From positions 15,023 through 79,022 of IMG/VR virus record IMGVR_UViG_2654587921_000002: DNA of 64,000 nt. The stretch is one strand, 5' to 3'. Positions 36,453-46,805 of this stretch are shown piece by piece. The position numbers and the translations under genes were made by a program. How positions within the stretch are numbered: position 1 is the stretch's first letter; each line of letters starts with the position of its first letter. The DNA comes from a virus. Lineage: Duplodnaviria > Caudoviricetes. The notes beneath the pieces are model-generated. The model worked only from the letters and a program-made list of their open reading frames with translations. It did not search any database and was not told the DNA's origin.

Positions 36453-37012
36453 TTGCCATACCTCGCTAACATACGGTTAATTTCGTGATTTAGTCGGTCG
36501 CTTAGCCGCCGGTTTGCGCCGGCTTCGACATATTGGCTAACTGATTTACTTTCTAGCATCTGGGCAACGGATGGGCCGTGTCGCTGGACAATAGGGAAGC
36601 GGCCAGCGCTAGTACGATTAAATACACCGACATGGCCGCTGGACATTTTTGCCACAAATGATTTTGCAATGGTACCACCGCCTGATCGTTTTACCTGAGC
36701 ATATACACCATCAGCCGGCCGGCGCTTAGTTACTTTGCCCGGGCGAATTTTATAGTACGACAGCGCCCGCGGCCGTCCCCGGGAGGTTACTGCCGCGCTT
36801 AGATTGGATGTACTAGCCTTGCTAATACTGATAGTTTCGCGCACACGACCGGCAGTGATGGTATAGTCTTCTTTTGCCTTGGTCACCGCATCAGTCCGCG
36901 CCCCTTCGGCTGCCCGGTTTATAGCATTGGCAAGCACTTTCGGTATAGCTCCTGGGATATGCCCCAGCATCAGCTTTGCCATGTTAATCTGCTCAGCCGT
37001 AATATCAATCAT
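36449..37012 (-). CDS. Minor tail protein (lambda gpZ-like)
   Basis: AINRAA, GHVGVFNR, GPSVAQM. Confidence 0.82.
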   Translation of the reverse strand: MIDITAEQINMAKLMLGHIPGAIPKVLANAINRAAEGARTDAVTKAKEDYTITAGRVRETISISKASTSNLSAAVTSRGRPRALSYYKIRPGKVTKRRPADGVYAQVKRSGGGTIAKSFVAKMSSGHVGVFNRTSAGRFPIVQRHGPSVAQMLESKSVSQYVEAGANRRLSDRLNHEINRMLARYGK

Positions 37013-37332
37013 GAGCGATTCGCCCCCAGATCAATTTCCAGCATCCCCGCACTGGCAGCACAATTAAGCACCTTGTACCATTCCCCGTCTACCGTCATTT
37101 TCTGATCACGTTCCGGTCGGTATCCCAAATCCGACTCACTGACAAACAGGGTTAATTCCCGCTGGTAGATTCCATCATAGCTATCGCTTTGCCGGTTACT
37201 GCGCTGTTTGGAGATATCATCATCCACAACACAGAGGATTTGCTGGCCGTCAATCTCGTGCATCTCGGCGAATTCATCAGGATTAAGAAAAACGGCCACC
37301 AAATCGGCGGCCATCATATCTTTGAGACTCAT
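37009..37332 (-). CDS. Head-tail joining protein
   Basis: FLNPDEFAEMH.IDG motif. Confidence 0.75.
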   Translation of the reverse strand: MSLKDMMAADLVAVFLNPDEFAEMHEIDGQQILCVVDDDISKQRSNRQSDSYDGIYQRELTLFVSESDLGYRPERDQKMTVDGEWYKVLNCAASAGMLEIDLGANRS

Positions 37333-37333
37333 A

Positions 37334-37678
37334 TTATCCTACCAATTTGACAGTAGCAGTTGTCGCGGCCTGCAGTTTAGCAGACAAACACCAGCCACCT
37401 ATTGGTATATTATCAGTGGCAGTTTTAGTCAATTTACTTGCTGTTCCATCCCAATAAAGAACGTCACCTGCACCAAAAGCCACTGTTGTAACAGCCGGTA
37501 CATCTGCAAAGACACCTTTAACTGCTACGCCACCAACACTCCCTGGTGCAATATCGGCCACTGCAAAGCCAATTCTTGTAGTAAGTGACACAACCTGACC
37601 GGCAGTAATGGTTTCCGTTCCGGCATTATAGTAATCAATAATATCACCGTTTTGTTGATATACACCTTGTCTTGCCAT
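37334..37678 (-). CDS. DUF2190 capsid cement/decoration protein
   Basis: YQQNGD.ID, GFAVADIA.G..G, GD.LYWD. Confidence 0.85.
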   Translation of the reverse strand: MARQGVYQQNGDIIDYYNAGTETITAGQVVSLTTRIGFAVADIAPGSVGGVAVKGVFADVPAVTTVAFGAGDVLYWDGTASKLTKTATDNIPIGGWCLSAKLQAATTATVKLVG

Positions 37679-37716
37679 TCTTATTCCTCCATTTTATAAT
37701 GTTTTAACTCTAACAT

Positions 37717-39768
37717 TTATTTACCAGGGTTTTTGTATAGACCACGGAAGTCCAACGCTTTTACGCCGAACTCGGAACGAACCTTATAGGTAATTCCGTC
37801 TACTTCAAAGCCAGGCTGCGTTTCAATGTATGGAGTATCTTCCCCGTTCAAGAATGCAACCTCTATCGTATCAATGAAACCAGGAGCCGTTGCAAAATAA
37901 TAGGCGTCCGGATCTACGGCATCCAACTGTGCATCGGCTACTACCTCTAACAGGTTTTGAAATACATTAGTTGCTGCATTGTTAGCCCCTACATCCACGG
38001 CAGATTTTACAAGCTGCATCGCATCAAACTGTAAGGCTACAGGGCCAATCCAAAACGCCGGCGTAATGTTAAGCGGAACGGCATCCTTCTTCTGCAGCCC
38101 TTTTTGTTTTGCCATGGCTGTGAACCCTGCCTTAAAAGTTTCCTTGCTTGGCGCTGCTTTGACTGTGGCTTCAATATTGGCATGAGGAGTGCTGAATAAT
38201 GCATTGCCGTCTGCCATTTTGGGGTTGCCGGTTAAAATGGAATAAACCGAATAATTGATGGTTAGCCGAGCAGCGGCACCAAACTTAGTCGGGATATCCG
38301 TCAACGCTTGCAGATCATCGTTAATGATGTCTTCACGGGTTAAGCTGAATAGTTCGCCGTATTTTTCCAACTGGATATACTCGCCGGTATCAGACATAGC
38401 CACATATTTATACTCATTTCCTTTGGTGACTTTACGCAGTAACGGTGCCTCGCTCACCTGCACCCTGAGTGCTGGCTTATAATCATTCAGATTCCCTCGC
38501 TTGGTCCAACGTTGGTAAGTTGTTGGTGCAGTTTGATATGCCGTCATAAGAGATTTATTTGCAACGTTGGCCAGGACACTGGGGAAGTCCGATGTGGAAA
38601 TAACGGCTCTGACCAGTTCCCTGCGATCATACCCACGAAATGCTTTGCCATGCGTACGTTGATATATTTCACGCGCCAGGTCAATCATCGTCATTCCCCG
38701 CAGGCTTTCAAACCCGGCCGCCGGTTTCTCAACTTTTAGACCAGCTCTGAAAGACATTGCATCGGAAGCAGCTGCGCGAAATTTATCCACATCCTCCTGG
38801 CCGAATTCAATTGCAGGGGTTTCAATTGGTGTTCGTTGTTTAGCTAATCGCTGGACAATTTCTTTATTAACATCAGCAACGGTAACACCAGAACGTATGA
38901 ATTCCGTAGTGTCTAATTCTAATTGGGGAAAATTCCTGCAAAGTTCAGTAATTTCCAGTGCTCTCTGCGTTTCCTGTGCTCTAATTTCTTCAGGGGTTTG
39001 ATTAGTTGTTTTACTTTGAGTATTGGTTTCAGGCATAGGTTGTTCACTCCTTTGTTCTTCTTGATTATTTTGAATTTGCGGTTGTGTCAATACTGGTTCA
39101 AACTTTACCGTTACTGCTTCTGGTTTAAGCAATGACCGAACACTTTCATCGTTCTTTAAAACATCTGCTATAATCCCAGCAATATCTGTTTCCTCTTGTT
39201 CCAACGACCTGCCAATTCCTACATTGGGATCAGCTGCCGTTGGTTCTAGACTAACTTCAAATGGTTCCCAGTCAATTACAATTTCACAGGGGCCAGCAAA
39301 ACCACGAACTACTTTTCCTGGTTCAACAACTGTATAAGCATTAGTAACATAGCCCATAGAAACCCCACGCAAGGATTCGCTATCGACCTTCCCTTTGATT
39401 TCTTGCGCTTTAGTATCACTATCAAATCGCACTTTGATGCGACATGTTCTTGCCTGTTCATCTTGCCAGGCATCAACAATTGGGCCTAGAGGTACTAATC
39501 CGTGATTTGGATCTCGTCCATGGGCAAATAAAAAAGAGCCAACTGTTTTTAGTCGCTCTAATTTTGGTTCGCCTGGGTCATGACCTAGAATTTCAGTCCC
39601 CCACCAACGCGGGACTGGAGTTTCACTGGAAAAACTAAATTCATACACACCATCTTCGCCATCAACAGCTCTCATATCAGCGAGCTCTAAATAGCGATAT
39701 TGTTTAGTCCCCTGCTCCTGTTGCCGGCGTTTTTTTGTTTCCTCCGCCTTCATCGGCAATATCATCAC
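37717..39768 (-). CDS. Prohead protease-major capsid fusion
   Basis: SFSSETPV, SMGY, EVSLEPTAADP.VG protease part; STSDFP, YGELFSLTREDIINDDL, DFRGLYK capsid part. Confidence 0.92.
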   Translation of the reverse strand: MMILPMKAEETKKRRQQEQGTKQYRYLELADMRAVDGEDGVYEFSFSSETPVPRWWGTEILGHDPGEPKLERLKTVGSFLFAHGRDPNHGLVPLGPIVDAWQDEQARTCRIKVRFDSDTKAQEIKGKVDSESLRGVSMGYVTNAYTVVEPGKVVRGFAGPCEIVIDWEPFEVSLEPTAADPNVGIGRSLEQEETDIAGIIADVLKNDESVRSLLKPEAVTVKFEPVLTQPQIQNNQEEQRSEQPMPETNTQSKTTNQTPEEIRAQETQRALEITELCRNFPQLELDTTEFIRSGVTVADVNKEIVQRLAKQRTPIETPAIEFGQEDVDKFRAAASDAMSFRAGLKVEKPAAGFESLRGMTMIDLAREIYQRTHGKAFRGYDRRELVRAVISTSDFPSVLANVANKSLMTAYQTAPTTYQRWTKRGNLNDYKPALRVQVSEAPLLRKVTKGNEYKYVAMSDTGEYIQLEKYGELFSLTREDIINDDLQALTDIPTKFGAAARLTINYSVYSILTGNPKMADGNALFSTPHANIEATVKAAPSKETFKAGFTAMAKQKGLQKKDAVPLNITPAFWIGPVALQFDAMQLVKSAVDVGANNAATNVFQNLLEVVADAQLDAVDPDAYYFATAPGFIDTIEVAFLNGEDTPYIETQPGFEVDGITYKVRSEFGVKALDFRGLYKNPGK

Positions 39769-41212
39769 TCCCTAATCCTTTATCTTGTATGTACTTTTTC
39801 TCCCTGGCTCTTTGATCAACAACCTCCTTCCAATCCTTGCCCTGTTCAGCGCATTTTTCTTCCAAAGTAGCAAAGTTTGCATCAACCTCCTCGCCGCTGG
39901 CCTTTACATCTTTCAGCGGATCAATCCATGTCCAACCTGGCGGAATCCATACATGCTCCAAATACCGTTCTTTTTCCTGCCAAAAATCCTTAATGTTGAC
40001 CTCGCCAGTTAAAACGGCGCTCATAATGAATTCATTGAAAATTTCAATACAGGCATGCTCAATAAGATAATCCTGTATTGGTTCGAATGTTTTTCGATCT
40101 TCCAACAATCCTTGTCGAGCCGAAGAGTAGGTTACCTTAGACACATCCCTACTAACCATTTCATAACTGAGGCCTTGACCAGCACCAACCAAGCGCTGCT
40201 GTTGCTCTACAAAATCCTTTGTGTTTGTTGGGATATTCCCGGGATTAGCAACCTCAATGTCTTCGCCTGGCTGCAAGTATTCAATCATACCTGGTTCAAT
40301 AGTATCTACCCGTTTAGGGCTTTTTTGTCCATCGACCGGCATTTTTTGGATTCTTGCGTATGGGTTCGAATTACCAGGTGCAGCTTTAATAAACATAGAA
40401 AAACAAGCGGCAATTCTTGCTTTCACTCGCTCAGCTTCGAGGTATTCTCCGGAATCACGAATTGAATCCATGGAACTTGCTAATTCAGAAATACCACGAA
40501 CCTGAGTCGGTCTGGTTTTACTAAAGAGATGAATTACTCGGTCAGCAGACACCCGAATTGAATTAACTGCAAAATAGCCGTCTGGCAGGGTTTCATAAAG
40601 CCAATATGCTACCGGTTTATTCACCTTGTTGACTTCCACACCAGATTTTACAAGATTTCCGTTTTCTCCATACTGGCGAGATGTATCTAGCTGATCCGGC
40701 TCTATTAACTGAATTTTAAAAGGTATTTTGGCTGTAGCATCAAAGGTCTTAATAATAAAAATTTCACCGTCTACAATACGCCGGCGAATAAGCATTCTCA
40801 TTATTTCGTTGAAGGATGACTGACCGGTAACATCGCAGTTTTCATGACGGCACCACTTTTTCCAGGCTTTTTCAATAGCTTTGTTAATTTTTTCGTCATC
40901 TTCGCCGTTTTTCTTTTTTACCCGCGCCTGGAAATTAAAACCCCGTCCAACGACATTACGTTCAAATGACAAAATAACACTTTTTGCGATGTCATTATTG
41001 CGTTCTAAATCCCTTGCCCGCCGTAGTAAACGCTCACGATATGGCCGATCAATCTGTTCTGCTGTCCCGCCGGCTGCGGCCCATCCTGATCCTAGTCTGT
41101 CCATACGAGCGGCGTCATAATTTCGAAGTGTTTCACCGGCTTGCCGGTAGGCTTCCCTTTCATAGGCCCAGCGTGGCGAAATCATGGAAATGACTTTATC
41201 AATGAAATTCAT
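39704..41212 (-). CDS. Portal protein, lambda family
   Basis: RARDLERNN, QVRGISEL, SYEMVSRD..YSSAR, WIDPLKD. Confidence 0.95.
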   Translation of the reverse strand: MNFIDKVISMISPRWAYEREAYRQAGETLRNYDAARMDRLGSGWAAAGGTAEQIDRPYRERLLRRARDLERNNDIAKSVILSFERNVVGRGFNFQARVKKKNGEDDEKINKAIEKAWKKWCRHENCDVTGQSSFNEIMRMLIRRRIVDGEIFIIKTFDATAKIPFKIQLIEPDQLDTSRQYGENGNLVKSGVEVNKVNKPVAYWLYETLPDGYFAVNSIRVSADRVIHLFSKTRPTQVRGISELASSMDSIRDSGEYLEAERVKARIAACFSMFIKAAPGNSNPYARIQKMPVDGQKSPKRVDTIEPGMIEYLQPGEDIEVANPGNIPTNTKDFVEQQQRLVGAGQGLSYEMVSRDVSKVTYSSARQGLLEDRKTFEPIQDYLIEHACIEIFNEFIMSAVLTGEVNIKDFWQEKERYLEHVWIPPGWTWIDPLKDVKASGEEVDANFATLEEKCAEQGKDWKEVVDQRAREKKYIQDKGLGSDDIADEGGGNKKTPATGAGD

Positions 41213-41222
41213 AAACTACCTC

Positions 41223-41438
41223 CTACCGCGTCGGCCATCGAGCGTATGCCCGGGTTGTTCCCAAAGATTCGTAAGAAATTTGCTGTTTTAAAGCTGCTTC
41301 GCGCTCGTATAAGGTTTTTAGATTTGCGTGAACAACATTTTTACTTCCTATTCCATATTCTTGGGCACCGGTTTCAATTGCAGCAATCTTCGCCTGTACC
41401 CGGGCAAGCTGTTCTTGAAGCGTTTCCATATTTTTCAT
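41223..41438 (-). CDS. Head completion protein (gpW-like)
   Basis: IAAIETGAQEY.IG...ANL..LY.RE. Confidence 0.8.
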   Translation of the reverse strand: MKNMETLQEQLARVQAKIAAIETGAQEYGIGSKNVVHANLKTLYEREAALKQQISYESLGTTRAYARWPTR

Positions 41439-43306
41439 CACCTCCTCAGCCAATTGCTCTTCCTTGCTTCCCTCTCAATAGGCGGTACCGGAATCACTAT
41501 CTCAGGCTCAACCAAATACCTCACTCCGGCTATTTCAGCTGCCAGAGCACAGTTAACCTCAACGTCCAGCATATGGTTTTGCGCATGACTGCTGATCGGC
41601 TGCCATTCATATGTTACTCGGCCTTTTTTATCTTTTTGCTCAATCTTTTGCTCAGAACAAATCATATCGGCATAGCGCCGGTCACAGCCTTGATATACAT
41701 TCCATGAGCCTGGAGCACCAGCAGGGACAGTTAGTCTGCCAGCTATAAAATCTTTGAATTGATTGGGATCAAAATTATACAGTAATAACCCGAAAAACTT
41801 ATCCAGCTTGGTAACAGTATATCGTGCTTTTAGCGGTTTTGATGAGCCTTTAGTGGGCAGGCATATACCCTGGTGCTCCGCGCAGAACTGGTATACTTCA
41901 TCGGTATTGTAACCAGAGTCAATGCAAGCTAGGTTAATATAATAGGCCTCACCCAATGTTGTTGGGTAAGGCCTATAGATAATATTTTCAATTTCTGCCC
42001 ACGTTTCTACGCGGCCATAATCCACCAGCCACGATGTCAACTTCGGCCCCCACGCTCTAACTCCCCACCAAAAATGATTTAACTGCACATCAACGCCTAA
42101 AGTAAGCAACTGTGCTTTGTCAAAGACACGGCCTTGTTCATAATCCAATTGCTTTTCTAGCACTATATCTGATTTTAACCTGCTTGCTTTGTTTTCCCAC
42201 GGCTCTGCTAGCCATGAATTCACAAAATTCATGAGATTGGACGGTGTATCCTTGGACTCTAGAAACTCTCTAGCGATACGGCCAAACGATACAAACGGGC
42301 TATAAATCGAATTGAGATGATAAGCAACGGTTCGAATTCGCCCAATCGGTTTGTTTTCAGATACCCACTCGCCAAGCCTAAGCATGGTTTGCTTATGGCT
42401 ATCGCTAATTTTACCACCACAATGAGCGCATTCATACCAAGCTACATCTTCTACTAACTTAGGATTATCCTTTATTTCCTCCGGCCATTTAACTCCGCCG
42501 CGGTCCCCTTTCTTTGCCGGTCGAAAAACAAACGGCTGCATAGCTTTGCAATGAGGGCAGGGCACATGGTATTTATACCGGACATCAGCCGCCATATAGG
42601 CAGGCCAAATATTTTTATTTTTTGTTACAGGGGTTGATGCATCAACAATTTTTTTATTATGGGGAAAAGCCTTGGTCCGTTCCTCCGTTAGTTTCATAGG
42701 ACTTGCTTCATCACCAGACCATTTTTCGTATTTGTCAATTTCATCTCGAAACAAATAGCGAACCGGTCGGGATGCAGTTTGACTTGGAGAATTAGCGCTT
42801 AGTATAGCTATGAACATGTCGGTAAAGTCCAGTTCAAGCTCTTTACTGCGAACATTAAACTTATCAGCAATAGATATTGTTGATGTAATCATGGGCTGTA
42901 AACGCCTATTGCTTGAAAACTTGCCGGTACTTTCTTCCGGATATACTAACGCCGTTGGCCCGGGGTCCTGATCGATCAAATAGCCAATCATGTTATTGAT
43001 GCACTCGGTTTTAGCTGATTGCGATCCCCAAACTAAAATAATGCGTTCAATTTCTTTGTCGGTAAAGGCATCCATCGGCCCCCGCGTGTAAGGAGTGAAA
43101 TCGGTGCGCCATGGACCAGGCTTGGAGCTGATCAAATCCAGCACACGATTCTTGTCCGCCCACTGCGAAACAGTCATTCGCTCCGGCGGTTTTAATGCTT
43201 GCCTTAATGCTAACGGAAACTCAATTACATTATCTTTTCTTCGTCTTTTTGGCTTTTCGATACTGGCTGGTGCTGGAGAGTTGTTCAAGGAGGTCATGGA
43301 CGGCAT
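41438..43306 (-). CDS. Terminase large subunit (GpA family)
   Basis: GSQSAKTE, RDEIDKY, STP, GVDVQ, NH.LD.EV. Confidence 0.95.
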   Translation of the reverse strand: MPSMTSLNNSPAPASIEKPKRRRKDNVIEFPLALRQALKPPERMTVSQWADKNRVLDLISSKPGPWRTDFTPYTRGPMDAFTDKEIERIILVWGSQSAKTECINNMIGYLIDQDPGPTALVYPEESTGKFSSNRRLQPMITSTISIADKFNVRSKELELDFTDMFIAILSANSPSQTASRPVRYLFRDEIDKYEKWSGDEASPMKLTEERTKAFPHNKKIVDASTPVTKNKNIWPAYMAADVRYKYHVPCPHCKAMQPFVFRPAKKGDRGGVKWPEEIKDNPKLVEDVAWYECAHCGGKISDSHKQTMLRLGEWVSENKPIGRIRTVAYHLNSIYSPFVSFGRIAREFLESKDTPSNLMNFVNSWLAEPWENKASRLKSDIVLEKQLDYEQGRVFDKAQLLTLGVDVQLNHFWWGVRAWGPKLTSWLVDYGRVETWAEIENIIYRPYPTTLGEAYYINLACIDSGYNTDEVYQFCAEHQGICLPTKGSSKPLKARYTVTKLDKFFGLLLYNFDPNQFKDFIAGRLTVPAGAPGSWNVYQGCDRRYADMICSEQKIEQKDKKGRVTYEWQPISSHAQNHMLDVEVNCALAAEIAGVRYLVEPEIVIPVPPIEREARKSNWLRR

Positions 43307-43763
43307 CAGTCATCACTTTCTCTACAGAGCGCATATCCAAGTGTGCAAGTTCTGGGGCAATTGTCCTTGACCATAAAAGCAAGTTTGTTTTTAATTGATT
43401 TCCAATAACCATCCATTGCCTGTCCACCTCCTCTTTAGGGATATATTCGCCCTTCAGTACTCCAAGCTGTAGTTTTTCTTTTTCAGCTTTCATTTCGCGA
43501 TAATCGGCATCAGATTTAAGCTTGCGAGCTTCATTGCTCAAAGGCGCATTACTGCCAGCACCAAGGCCACCTAGCCATTCATTCAGCTTTTGAATATTCC
43601 ACCAGCCACGGGCCTCATTGGGAGCTCCACGCTTTTTCCAATCAATCAAGGTCCGTGGTGTAACGTTAAAAAACTTGGCTGTCATTTCCGAATTTAGGTA
43701 AAAAAAATCACCTTCAAATTTTATCCATGAAGGCACAGTAATACTAGATTTTATAGTTGCCAT
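43230..43763 (-). CDS. Terminase small subunit (Nu1-like)
   Basis: HTH AKFFNVTPRTL..W, coiled coil, GEYIPKEEV. Confidence 0.85.
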   Translation of the reverse strand: MATIKSSITVPSWIKFEGDFFYLNSEMTAKFFNVTPRTLIDWKKRGAPNEARGWWNIQKLNEWLGGLGAGSNAPLSNEARKLKSDADYREMKAEKEKLQLGVLKGEYIPKEEVDRQWMVIGNQLKTNLLLWSRTIAPELAHLDMRSVEKVMTDAVHDLLEQLSSTSQYRKAKKTKKR

Positions 43764-43834
43764 AATATTTTCGATTACCTCACTTAATTCGGAAAATCGG
43801 AAGTGGATTTTTCAGTTTTCACAGAGACAAAAGT

Positions 43835-43880
43835 CGGGGCTCGCAAGACCCTCAAGCCGTCTACCCCTCCGGAAGGACCC
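43835..43880 (-). other. Probable cos region (cosQ-like GGGTCCT plus putative cosN)
   Basis: Minus strand GGGTCCTTCCGG at 43880-43869 resembles lambda cosQ context; lies upstream of the small terminase gene. Confidence 0.55.
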
Positions 43881-44050
43881 ATTTATCATCAGCCGTTCTC
43901 GAATGGCCGGGGCCATCCAGACCACTCTCCCATAGCCGTTGCAGTCTGTCTGATGCTAATGATGGAGGAGTTACACAAATAAACCTTGTCACTTGTTCTG
44001 ACTTGCCAACGTTTCGAGTTTTATTTAACACAATATAGTCAGTCACGTTA

Positions 44051-44266
44051 TCAGCCTCTCTTTCGTTTCATCCTGCCTTTATCACGCTGACATATCCCCG
44101 CATTCGTTCGCATCAACTCACGATAGTTATCACCACGCGGCCGCTTACGATAGGTGACACACTGCCGGTCAACGTTATACACTCGGTTAACTGTACAAAG
44201 CTGCTCTGGATTATCGTTGTGCTGGCAGATTGAGTTGCAATAAAGTTTTTCCGGCAAGTGGGTCAC
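44051..44266 (-). CDS. Small Cys-containing protein
   Basis: C...C.HN...C...C pattern. Confidence 0.6.
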   Translation of the reverse strand: MTHLPEKLYCNSICQHNDNPEQLCTVNRVYNVDRQCVTYRKRPRGDNYRELMRTNAGICQRDKGRMKRKRG

Positions 44267-44302
44267 CTCCGTTATGGGTAAAAAAAGAGCCCCGGTTAGG
44301 GC

Positions 44303-44980
44303 TCATATTGTTGGATATTGTTGAGCAATAATTTTTAACTGTTTTAATCCATTCTCGGTTAACAATCCTTCTTTATTTACAATACCCATCTCAATTAACT
44401 TTGTACGCAAAGAAGGACTTGTAAGCATTTTAGACAATTGTTCTTCAATCTTTTTACAGTTTCTAGCTGAATTAATCGATAAATTCAAGTTTTCTCTACC
44501 AAAGCTTCTAACTAGCATCTTAAATATATTAAGATGTTGATTCGACATTACAGACAATTGTTGGTGTAAAACTGCTGTCTCTAATTGATTTTGCAACTCA
44601 GAATATTTTACTTTTAGATTAGTTAATTCCTTATTTGCAGTTGATAAAGCTATTCGATATTTTTCAGCATCTTGCTCGTTTAATTTAGACTTTGTGATTA
44701 ATTCCTGTATTAGTTTATCAACTTCGGCTTGCTTAGAATCTGCCTTTTCTTCGGTTTTAGCAACTTCCTCAATAATGTCAGGTGTTGTATCTTTAAATCT
44801 AAAGCTTAAGCCAAGCCCATTTCCTTCGAGTAATCGATCAAGTAAATCCTTTATAGCGTCCTTATGATTTCTCATAAATATAATAGCTATAACAGATATA
44901 GCTATTGGCCATGATGCTATCACTTGAAATAATCGTATAACTATATCAGCCCATTTAAGGTAGAGTTCAGACCACTCCAT
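44303..44980 (-). CDS. Low-GC moron: N-terminal TM plus coiled coil
   Basis: GAAAGGA RBS at MEWSE; AT-rich compared with its flanks. Confidence 0.65.
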   Translation of the reverse strand: MEWSELYLKWADIVIRLFQVIASWPIAISVIAIIFMRNHKDAIKDLLDRLLEGNGLGLSFRFKDTTPDIIEEVAKTEEKADSKQAEVDKLIQELITKSKLNEQDAEKYRIALSTANKELTNLKVKYSELQNQLETAVLHQQLSVMSNQHLNIFKMLVRSFGRENLNLSINSARNCKKIEEQLSKMLTSPSLRTKLIEMGIVNKEGLLTENGLKQLKIIAQQYPTI

Positions 44981-45132
44981 AAACACACATCCTTTCACCA
45001 ACTTACACCATTCGACAAAAGGCAATAAATTCCTGCTAACAGAAAAGCCGCCCAAATGGACGGCTTGCAATTTAAATATAATACTTTCAATTTATATTTT
45101 ACTTTATTTATACTGCCATTTCAATGACATCT

Positions 45133-45855
45133 TTATGCCTTCTGTGATAGCCCGTCAATGCCGAATATTAAAGCACTTAGCCTGTTATAGTTGGCTTCCA
45201 TGTCACGAAAAAAAGTTCTTTCTTCAATATCTTCCTGCTTGCAGATAGCTTCTCGGCTAGGCTTGGCGTTATCATCTTGAGGGAAATAAACCGCTTTAAG
45301 AATCCGGTATCGTCGCATATCCTCAGGCTTCCCGGTGCGCTCGCAATAAATGCCGTAATGCATAACCATCTGGTCAATGTGTGCCAGGATCAGTTTGGTA
45401 CGAGCAACCGACTGCTTGATAGAATGAATATAAGTTGTTGCGTCAGTATCGTCTAATGAATCCAGTATGTCAATGACATATCCATATTCGTTTTCAACTC
45501 GTTGCTCCTTTTCGTAGATAGCATTTTCGCAATGGTCTTTTAGTAACTCATATTTTTTTAGCAGCAGCTTTGTATTCCGGAGCCGTTTATCATGACGTGA
45601 TTTAAACTGCCGGCGCTTCTGCTGTTCAGAGTGATTTAATGCAGCCTTAGCAGCAGTTTCGGATATAATCTCGACAATCATTTTTTCGGTTTCTGAATGG
45701 CTGTCAGACAGTCGCTTGAGCAATTTTGCTTTAGCGGCTGTTCTTATTGTTTCCTGCGCCCGTTCATGAATTTCGCGGCATTCCTTGCAAACATCAACAC
45801 CGTAGAATTGTTTACAGTCCGGTTTTTCAGTGATGCATAAACTGCATGTAGTCAA
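45133..45855 (-). CDS. Phage late transcriptional regulator (RinA/ArpU-like)
   Basis: RLRNTKLLLKKY..., C-terminal HTH-like EAICKQEDIEERTFFRD; position before packaging genes. Confidence 0.7.
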   Translation of the reverse strand: MTTCSLCITEKPDCKQFYGVDVCKECREIHERAQETIRTAAKAKLLKRLSDSHSETEKMIVEIISETAAKAALNHSEQQKRRQFKSRHDKRLRNTKLLLKKYELLKDHCENAIYEKEQRVENEYGYVIDILDSLDDTDATTYIHSIKQSVARTKLILAHIDQMVMHYGIYCERTGKPEDMRRYRILKAVYFPQDDNAKPSREAICKQEDIEERTFFRDMEANYNRLSALIFGIDGLSQKA

Positions 45856-46020
45856 AATATCACCACCCGTTTTTCTTGGAGTAAAAATTCTTGCTGGATT
45901 TAGGATACAACCCGCGACACTCGGCGCAGGGTTTATTGTGCGGATCCGCTTCGAAATGCTGGCAGCCATGGCAGAGCGGTGTTGGCATGGAGTTGGCTTC
46001 TGTGGTGTGGGGATATTTAA

Positions 46021-46329
46021 TCATTCAGGCACCTCCATAAACCGGACCGGGATATTATTTTCCCGGGCAAATTGTATTTCCATCTGGCATCCTTCGGACT
46101 GTCGCCAGTCGCCATAAACGTGGAGCTCATCTGAGCGGGCGAGTAACACCAGACAGTATTTGAGTACCAGTTCCTGCGGGCCGCGCGGGTCTACAAAATC
46201 GAATGCATGTAATGGTGACAACGGGACGATTTCGCCAGCAGCAAGGAGTTGCTGGCATATTTTATTGACACGGGTTAAATTATTATCGATATCGCCCCTT
46301 AGCGGATGGGCTATGTATACGGTTTTCAA
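46021..46329 (-). CDS. DUF4406/nucleoside deoxyribosyltransferase-like protein
   Basis: VYIAHP, PLSPLH, SDELHVYG.W..SEGC..E. Confidence 0.8.
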   Translation of the reverse strand: MKTVYIAHPLRGDIDNNLTRVNKICQQLLAAGEIVPLSPLHAFDFVDPRGPQELVLKYCLVLLARSDELHVYGDWRQSEGCQMEIQFARENNIPVRFMEVPE

Positions 46330-46532
46330 ATTTTCTCACTCCCAATTTTGAGTTGATTTTAATGGCAGGTTAGTTAATTACCTCGGGAATTCCCTCAACT
46401 CTCGCATAACCGCCCGCCTTAGCGACTCCTTACCATGGTCTATATGCGCCTTACCGGACTGCCTATCCCACCGGCGCATCCTCTGTAACTCCCGCTTGTC
46501 CGGTATGCACGTTGCTGTGTAGCCTTTGCGGG

Positions 46533-46805
46533 TCATGGTTTGGCCTCCCCATCCCCGGCATTGATCGCCCGCCTACTCGCATTATTAAAAACTTCAATTG
46601 CTCCAGTTGCTTTTCTAGCCAGCAGGACAATTCTCAGCAAATCCGGCCTGTGCACCTTGTCATATTTACTATCTACAGGCGTTTCAGCAATCTGGTTGGC
46701 CTGCTCGGCTCTGGTGGTCAGTTCGGCGACCTGATTAATTAAATTTTCATTTTCGATTAATAAACTTGCATAACGAGAATGAATTGATTCACTCACCGTC
46801 CGCAC
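46533..46805 (-). CDS. Hypothetical coiled-coil protein
   Basis: Overlapping stop/start chain. Confidence 0.55.
   Translation of the reverse strand: MRTVSESIHSRYASLLIENENLINQVAELTTRAEQANQIAETPVDSKYDKVHRPDLLRIVLLARKATGAIEVFNNASRRAINAGDGEAKP

Noticed and set aside
44051-44266. HNH packaging endonuclease
   Set aside because: The Cys/His pattern lacks a recognisable HNH motif.
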